64,000 bases of DNA, taken from positions 1 through 64,000 of the forward strand of contig DF237057.1 of assembly GCA_000708835.1 (NCBI GenBank), given 5' to 3'. Of the stretch, positions 56,701-64,000 are shown one piece after another (positions within the stretch are counted from its first letter, which is position 1; the number at the start of each line of letters is the position of its first letter). A model generated the notes under the pieces. The model did no database searches, was not told the DNA's origin, and saw only the letters and a program-made list of their open reading frames with translations. The translations under genes and the position numbers were made by a program. This DNA comes from Klebsormidium nitens. Lineage: Eukaryota > Plantae > Klebsormidiophyceae.

Positions 56701-59700
56701 CCGTCACCGACTCCTGGAACTGCGCCATCTTGTCGTCCCACAACTGCGGTTTGGAAGAAGGGTAAAGCGCGGTTGAGATGGGTTTGAAGACCCAAAAACG
56801 GGGTTTGGAGTCGGGTTGAAGCCAATAACAGTGGCTTACGGAAGGCGCGCTGCCTGCTCCATTACCGAGTCCTGGAACTGCGCCATCTTGTCGTCTCACA
56901 ACTGCGGGTTGGAAGAAAGATCAAGGGCGATTGGGACAGATGAGAAGAGTGGTTTGAGTGGGGACGAAAAGAGTCTAGTACCCGCTTGTTGGCTCACAAA
57001 TGAATCAATCGTCGACTTTTGAAAGTGCGCTGTCTGCGCGTCCTGCAAGCGAGATGAAAAGAGTTACTTTGTGGTTGAAACGGGTTCGAATCGGGTCGGA
57101 AGGGTTCAAATTAGGCTCCCGAACGGGTCAAAGGCGTTGAACGGGGAATATGAAGAAGCGAGCGACCCGTTCTATTTTCGCTGCGCTGAAATCGCCGTTT
57201 CCGCGTGTCCACGCTCGGGATAAAAGAGCTAACTGCGGATAAGGCAGCGAGAGAAGCTGAAGGTTTTGTTCTTATAACAAGGCCCGCAGCCATTCAAAAA
57301 GGACAGCAGCAGGCGGTTGGTCTGCTTTCAACGAGACTCTTTGAAAACGCGCTACCCAACCGCACGCGCGCGCCATAAAAGAGTCTCAGTCCACGGGAGA
57401 TAGTACACTGAACGGCGTTTCCGAAGATGAACCGGCAATTCAGAATACGGTGGTCAAGGGATTATGTCGAAGAAGGTAGAAGCGGCCACGATATGGAGAC
57501 CTTGGTCAGAAAGGCCAGGTCGCGCTCGCAACCCGATGCTACATCTTTCAAAGGAAGACGTCTCCTCGGAGAAACTATTCAAACCCCAAAGTCTTTCAAG
57601 CTCATCCACCACCTCGGTAGTTTTCTCCACTTTCGCTCAGTCGGTCGCGCTTAGAAGCCGACGCTCAACTTTGACTTGTGGCCGTCACCCTCGAAGGAAG
57701 ATCTTTTCCCCCCCGAATCTTGGAAAGTTAGAGAAATTGTCAACCGACTGCTCGTCCCGGGCAGTTACCGCGTTGGTCTCCTCTACTTCCAATCAGTGAG
57801 TCGCGCTCAGAAGCCGATGCTCAAATTTTAAAGAAAGTTCTTTTCTTTTCCAAAATCTTGGAATGTCAGAAAAATGGTCAACTGACAGCTCGTCCCGGGC
57901 AGTCTTACCGCGTTGGTCTCCTCGACTTCCGCCCGGTAGGCCGCCTCAGCGTCGCCCAGCTCCTGCGTCTGGCGCTCGTCCATTGCTGCCATCCGTTTCG
58001 ACTCTTCGCCGACCTGTAGAAGATACATACACGGCGTAATTCAGCGCCCTCGCTTTGACGTACGGGTCTGATACTAAGACGGAAGTTTGTAAGCTTCACT
58101 GGTCTTTGGCCGCCTTTGGTTTGGATCTCGAGCTAGACTCAACAGACTTTGGCAAGTTTTTGTTTTAGCCCAACCTGATTCCGAGCCGGTGAATGAAGGA
58201 AACGGTGTTCGAGACGTGACACAGGAAGCCTCTACGGATCAGCGTGTCAAATTATATACTTTTCTAGTATCTAATGCTCCTTCGATTACAGATTAGTACG
58301 GCTTCATGGAGGTTCAGCATTGTTTTGGGTCGGTGCCTCGTTCAGTGTCCCGCTTGAAAGGTTCTGCCGGCTCACTTTGAGCTCCTGAATGCGCTTGGCG
58401 ATTCGGCTCGCCTCCTGGTAGTTACCCTCGTCCTCGTACATCTTGCGCTGCTCCTCCAGCTGTCGAAGCGTCGCCAGCAGCTGCACAGGCAAACAAGATT
58501 CGATTTCGGAAGAGTCTTCGCGCTTCTGACGAGAAGAGCAGACTGTCTTCCGGGTCCGTCAGTCTCGCGGAAGAGTTTGGGCTTATTCATGGAGCGCAAA
58601 CTTCGATGTAAGCAGCTGTCAAACTTCACGAATGCTTGAACTTTCGAGTTGCTCGGATCACGGTCCCTGCGAACGTTGAAAGAAGAGGTCGTAGTCGCCC
58701 TGAATAGAGAAAGGCACGACTGCTCGGTACAAAGACGAGTACCAATCGATGCAGGGTAGCTCTAGAGCTTGATACACAAACTCCTTCATCCTCGACTATG
58801 ACGTTAAGAACGTGACTAGGACATCTTAACCCTGGGAACAAATAGCTAACCTGCTCGTCGTCCGCCCCGGCCTCCCACGTGTCACTCATGACCGCCCTCC
58901 GGCTCAGGCTCTTCCGTCTACCGGGCGCTTTCCCCGGAGACTTTGGGCTGCGAGGCGAGGGCTCGGGGGATCCCCCTCGCGAGTAATCGACCGGGCGCGG
59001 GGACGAGGCGTAGTTGCGGTGCTCGAGATCGCGGGCGACTTGGAGAAAGTGATCGAAGGTGACCTTGCTCTCGGGGCTGCACGGAGGATCGCTTCTACAT
59101 TTTGAGGAACCGCATTTTATTTGCTTGAGATTCTGAACATACACATCCACCGGGGATTAAAAGTGCTGTGGCACTCACAGCACGACTTTCTGTCGGCTTA
59201 GCCGACGCTCTGCCTCCGTTGCTATTGTGATCCGTTGTTGTTCTTCTTGTAGCCATTCTCATTGTCAGGCTAGCGTTATGTTATCGTGTTGTGAGAAATA
59301 TAACGTCGGTAGCTTCGACGTCGAGCAATGTGGGGGGTTTTCAAGGCCTCATCCAGCCCTCATCGAGCCCCACGACGTGGCTTTTGAGGCTGTCTTCTCT
59401 TGGGTCCCGAGCAAGGTCAAAAGCTGACTTGGTAAGAGGGTGAAACTGGAGGACATCAAAATCACACCCAGCCGTATTGCGCTTTGTCCGACCTTGAAAG
59501 AACAAAGTACGCGTCCTCAGTACCAGAAGCGATGACCAAGATCTACGCCTGCTTTACCACCGCTTCTTGCGAGACCTCGAGCTCCGAGCACGGCGCTTTG
59601 CCTCGTCGTTGCGGACTGCAATGTTGACACTAGCTCTTGTTCACGCCCGGATCACAAGAAAGCAGCGGACGTTATGTTTCTCATGAAGAGCCATTACAAA

Positions 59701-61118
59701 TAAGCTCTTTTTGTGACTTGCAATCAGGGCTAGGTTACCTGTTAATCGGATTCTCTTGTGGCACAGTACCTCCAAGGTGATTGCCCCAACGCCTTGAAGA
59801 AATAAGACCAAACACATTTTAAATGAAAAACTTATGCTTATTCCATGGATTGCCTTGGTAGCTTGAAGATAAAACATAAAAGACTGTACTAGAGGCAGAC
59901 TCACTCAAAGTCTGGCACGATGCTACTGAGCACGTCATTGATTTCCTCTCCGGCAGGGACCGCAATCCCGCACGACCACAACGCAACACCAACCTGCAAC
60001 AAGCGAAGACTTCTTGATGTCGTGACTTCTTCGTCTTGTCTGCATCCGACAACTTCCGACAGCGTTGACTTTGCAACCTATCAAGTGACCGAACGCGGCC
60101 GCGGCAACGTTCGCAAAGTTCCCCTCATGTTTCGGGGCAGTAACAGGTCCTGACAGCTGGGAAGAGTCTCGTTCGGCACTAATAACCTTCTTTCACAAGC
60201 TCCCTATTAGCAAATCATCTGGGAAGGGGCTGCCCTCGACTCTTTCGTCTTGAAAAAGCAGCTTCCTGGGCTGCCTGTGATGTGTTAGCCCATTGGAATG
60301 TGGCAAAGTTTGTGATTTGGGTCACCCTGGATCCGCTTTTCACAAGGGGAGGGTTTTGTCGACTAAGATGTAGGAGTTTCATTCAAGTGTCTGGGGCACG
60401 TCTATCACGCACCACCCCGTTTTAACCAACTCATGGTAGAATCTCATCAACAACACACTATATCCACCAAAACGACTAGTCCTGGCTTTTGGATCCTCTC
60501 AGCAGACCTCCATCTATCCCCAACCACTCATTTTGGGATTATACGAGCCTGAGCAGAGAACTAATGCAGGCGTGTTTGTCGTTCATTTTGCACACTTGCA
60601 TGGGTTTCTTAACCCAACTGGAGTCTGGACGCTTAACAACGATACTGGAATGCGTTCAAGAGTGCTCCTCCACATCAGACCAGCCATTTGACAGGGTTTC
60701 TTAACCAACTTGACAGGCTTAACCAGCGTTACAGCATTCGTATCCAACTTGACACTTTAATCAATGACTCCTTTCGACATACCGATCTTAATACCCATGA
60801 GTGCACCTTATATACAATTAGCCGCCAGCCAGAAAGAAAATCAGTAAGCAGAGGGTTTATGGAACTCACTGCAGACACCGGGACGCTTCCGGAATGCTCC
60901 TCGTCGTACGTGTTGAACGCTTTTCTCAGAAGCGCCATGCTGTGCTTCTGGATTCGGACGGTCGGCCCCGCCTGAGGCGTTTTCGGACGGGCTTCGGACT
61001 TTGCCCCCGTCCGCGGGCTGCTACTTGCGATCGCTTCATTTGCACCTGCAGCGGCGTCTGCTTCTGGATCGATCCGGAGGTCCGGTTTCCTCGTCATTCT
61101 CGTTGCCGGTGCTGCCAT
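53738..61118 (-). CDS. EF-hand pair plus UVR-like/coiled-coil protein resembling a family conserved in ciliated eukaryotes; 10 exons, about 470 aa
   Basis: Exons 61118-60870, 59993-59905, 59094-58851, 58480-58376, 58013-57909, 56585-56418, 55923-55840, 54786-54631, 54415-54276, 53810-53738; phases consistent, total 1413 nt. EF-hand-like 'LRKAFNTYDEEHSGSVPVSAVGVALWSCG' and 'SKVTFDHFLQVA'. Helical hairpins 'YEDEGNYQEASRIAKRIQELK' and 'LGKQGKYDEAEQVKSLADKLE'. Also 'LWDDKMAQF' and 'QRYRNVRTELE'. Confidence 0.85.
54735..55330 (-). repeat. Five-unit array of the exon 8 acceptor junction of the EF-hand gene (about 118-150-bp period)
   Basis: CAG|GCGGCGGAAGCGGCGTGGCAGTCGGAACTAGGCATGCGAGAA-type units with first exon base at 54786 (functional), 54921, 55071, about 55209 and about 55325. 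Confidence 0.88.
55515..55670. repeat. Intronic tandem duplication, about 75-bp unit x2, diverged
   Basis: GAGACGT(CT)GGGT(T/C)AGCAGACTCGA...GGGG.....TACCGGGG...AGTACACGGT occurs twice. Confidence 0.75.
56530..57060 (-). repeat. Three- to four-unit array of the exon 6 acceptor junction of the EF-hand gene (158-bp period)
   Basis: CTTCCAA(A/C)CCGCAG|TTGTG(G/A)GACGACAAGATGGCGCAGTTCCAGGA.TCGGT at 56585 (functional), 56743 and 56901; a degenerate fourth unit lies near 57020-57060. Confidence 0.92.
57600..57935 (-). repeat. Three-unit array of the exon 5 donor junction of the EF-hand gene (140- and about 156-bp period)
   Basis: GGAAGT(C/A)GAGGAGACCAACGCG|GTAA(GA)CTGCCCGGGACGAGC at exon end 57909 (functional) and 57769; a degenerate copy ends near 57613. 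Confidence 0.88.
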
Positions 61119-62954
61119 TGCAAAATACACAAGCTAAGGTGTCAGCATTGCCGTGCGCACTACCAGAATTCGGGCAGACTCCAATCCCAGTGTTTCTGAT
61201 CTTCGGATGCTATAGTTTTCCAGCGGGTTGCACGGCAGTGCTCCGACCTCTGCTGCGTAAGAACCACCTCTGGGAGTCTGTTAATCAGATCTTGTGGGCT
61301 TCGCTGCACATTCTGATTGATCAGCCTATTGACTTAGTATTGTGTGGAGCCACCTAATCTGTTGCTATGCAGGACGATGCAGGATTATGCAGGACGTCGA
61401 TTGGACTGCAACATCATGAGCAATGCAGCCAATGCAAGTACTTCACAGCTGTCTTGCATCACATTGTCAATCGAATCCCACCGGCATTGCTGACCACATT
61501 CTGCGCTCAGAACCGTGCGGGTAGCTTTCAGTTTGTGTCGCTTGATGGCTCCCACGTTTCCAGCGCCCACTTGGCCACTGGCAATAAAGTGATGACATCA
61601 GACCATGAAGGCATTGGGCTCTTCCCCGTACTCTTGTTTGAATTGTCTGAACTAGCATGCAGCAAGCTAGCTAGGTAAGTCTCTTTGGTCGTCGTGGTCA
61701 GTTTCTTGGTCAACTCAACGAGCCGTGCAGCCGCAGTTCTGACTGTTGTCAACAGTGCTTTAAGGCCCAGGCCCAGGCCAGGGTGACCTTGAGGCTTGGG
61801 TTGTCTGCCGGGACGCACTGCGTGCAGGCCCTGAACGTGCACAGTTTGCACTCTTCACTGGCTTTCAATCTTTCAAGTTTGTACCTCCAGCGGCCAATAA
61901 CTTATATGGCAACCGGATTTACCAGCCAAACAGGTTCAACGACGCGCGCACTTCCTTGTTTCTTTTAGCCGCAGCCTCCAAATCCGGCTCCTACAATCAT
62001 TGAAACTCCGTCTGACGTGGCATTCGAAGTGGCAACTATATTTTGGCGCGAAGGTTTCAAACCTTGCCATTCAAGTTGGCGCCAAATTGTGTTTCTTCAA
62101 GGAAGAATTCAAGAAGTTGAAGTTGGAAGCCTTCAACTTCAAGGCTTCATTGTCAAATTCAAACCCACACTGATCACCAGGCTCTGTCGCAGGACTCCAA
62201 TCCGGTCACCGCTTTGCAGAAGAGCATCCGCAAAGTTGATGCACGCCCAATCACTCTTCCAAGAAGTCCTTGCGTTCCCTTTTGAGTTGTAAGGATTTCT
62301 GCACGGGTGCTGTCAATATCGGATCTTCAAAGTCAACTAATACTATATTGTCCGACCGTTCCCAGCGGCACGTCAGCAATCCAGCTTAGTTCATTTGCGG
62401 CATACTTCTCATTTCAGGAAAAGAACTGTAGTTCGCTAATAGATCAGGCAATCATCCCAACGGGATTTGAAGCAGGACCTGGAGAACCCATACAGCGGCC
62501 ACAGCGCATGTACCAGGTGGGATGTGATTCCGCTTTAAACTTAATTCGTCCTGAAAGCTACAAGGATACTAGTTTATTTATCAAGTGTTCTTTACTTTGC
62601 TTCTCTTGTGCTCTCGTGAGTAGTTTGATGTCTAGTTTCATGCAAGTTTCCGCTGCATCCAATCTGGTGCTTTGAAAAACATACTGAGTATCTTGGAGAT
62701 ATCTTTCGTCCGCTTGTGTGAAGTGCAGAGGTTGGATTCTTAGACATCTTCAATGATGTTCCAGTGCTTTGCATTTCAACAGCGCATAGAGATTTCTGCA
62801 CTCCAGCTTGGCAAAGTGGCTAGAAAACTCTGCATCAAACTAAGCCTGTAACGCAATTTTGAGATACCAAGCGAATAAAATTGTCATCTCTGAGTAATCA
62901 CAAGGAGAAGTTGGATACCATGAAAGCTAACTTCAGATTGCTGATGTCCCAGGG

Positions 62955-64000
62955 ATGGCTGAACCCAAGAAGATCTCCAGCTGGTTAGCAGCAGCGAAGG
63001 CAGCTCCGTCCAAATCGCCGACGCCGTCCCCGCCTAATCACGTCTCCATGGTGAGGGTTTCTCGGCTTCACTAAGCATCTTGCTGTCAATCTTGCTGTCT
63101 ACTTGGTTGATTTGATCCATAAAATGGAAGTGACAATTAAGTCTGCTTGAGTGAAAAGATATTGGACATGCAGAGGTTCTGTGTCTCCCTCGCTTTTCTT
63201 TTCAGCCACAATGGATAAAGCATGTATGGGAGTGCCTGACGACAAAGGTATTGGAGCAAACCAAAACACTCTTCTTAGAATGGCTAGTCAGAAATTTCTC
63301 TTTACTGCTCATGGACTATAGAGAATGGCAGGATGCCCATTCTGTGACTCACTTCTTTTGATAGGCTGTTGCGTTGCTTCCATGCGAATCCCTGCAGCAT
63401 AATGATAACCTAATAACCTAATGTAACCAGGACTCTCTCATCTTCGTCACAGCTTGCGGCTTTGTGCAACACTGAGGTCAGCAAGGACGCCGATGGTTTT
63501 GTGACGGTGGTCCGAGCTAGGAAGTCTCGGTCCCCCCAGAAAGGGAGCGAGCCTCCTCTGCCACAGGGGGACGAGTTCCCTGCTTTGAAGAGTCCCCCAA
63601 AGAGGGGCCAGCCATTAGAAGGGCCTGTAAAGACCAGGAAGGAGGGGAAGAGGAAGGACGGGCATAAGGACAGAGCAGAGAACAAGCGAGAGGAGAAAGA
63701 AGCCGGCAGATTGGGAGAGTCGACTGGCATCATGGAGAAAAATGCTGGTGCAGAGGCACCGGACCTCAACCGAGGGGAGGGGAGCAGGATCAACACTCAG
63801 GAAAGACTCCAGGCCCCGACAGGCCCTCTGGAGAAAGAGCAAATGGGGAGCAATGGAAAGAGCAGAGAAGGGGGTCTCACAAAGGCGATCAGCGAGGCGG
63901 GCAAGTTGAGGGTGCCCCCCTCGCGTGAGGTCACTGCCGAGTTCGACGGCCTCATGACCGAGCTCCTGAGTGGCCTGCGACTACAAACGTCAGGACAGGG
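62955..64000 (+). CDS. 5' part of an uncharacterised gene (low-complexity, Lys/Glu-rich), truncated by the window end
   Basis: Putative exon 62955-63050 (MAEPKKISSWLAAAKAAPSKSPTPSPPNHVSM|GTGAGG), then exon 63453 to >64000, open to the window end (LAALCNTEVSKDADGFVTVVRARKSRSPQKG...REVTAEFDGLMTELLSGLRLQ). Confidence 0.7.

Noticed and set aside
59350-59610. Possible inverted copy of EF-hand gene exon 3 start within intron 2 (AGAAGCGAT; GAGCACGGCGCTTTGCCTCGTC; CCCGAGCAAGGTCA)
   Set aside because: Matches are short and inconsistently spaced; they cannot be distinguished from chance without a scored alignment.
1-64000. tRNA, rRNA, telomeric repeats, intact transposase or reverse-transcriptase ORFs
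   Set aside because: None were recognised on either strand by inspection; small ncRNAs could have been missed without covariance-model searches.

Overview
Eukaryotic, intron-rich nuclear DNA with GC-rich exons and GT-AG introns of about 0.3-1.3 kb. The style (flagellar-type genes, bacterial-type RecD2, frequent GCTGACGTCAGC/ADVS motif) suggests a streptophyte alga such as Klebsormidium; this is inference. I reconstructed nine protein-coding genes by hand, checking exon phases: RecD2-like helicase (+), intronless CxxC zinc-repeat protein (+), sperm-tail PG-rich/ODF3-like protein (-), PIG-P (-), HRD3/SEL1L (+), U-box protein with an MLKL/UND-like N-terminal helical domain (+), Crinkler-like REase-kinase (+), EF-hand plus coiled-coil protein (-), and a gene running off the 3' end (+). 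The most striking structure the gene models do not explain is a set of 'splice-junction echo arrays'. At least 8 of about 47 introns, in 4 unrelated genes, contain 1-4 decaying tandem copies, with a period of about 120-190 bp, of the adjacent splice site plus the exon edge. Many copies keep an intact AG or GT and would give a premature stop if used, and two show strongly synonymous-biased divergence. Other findings include roughly 12-fold excess of TGACGTCA palindromes, a 12-bp direct/inverted repeat cluster upstream of the Crinkler-like gene, and apparent loss of the nuclease catalytic residues in that gene. No rRNA, tRNA or CRISPR features were recognised.
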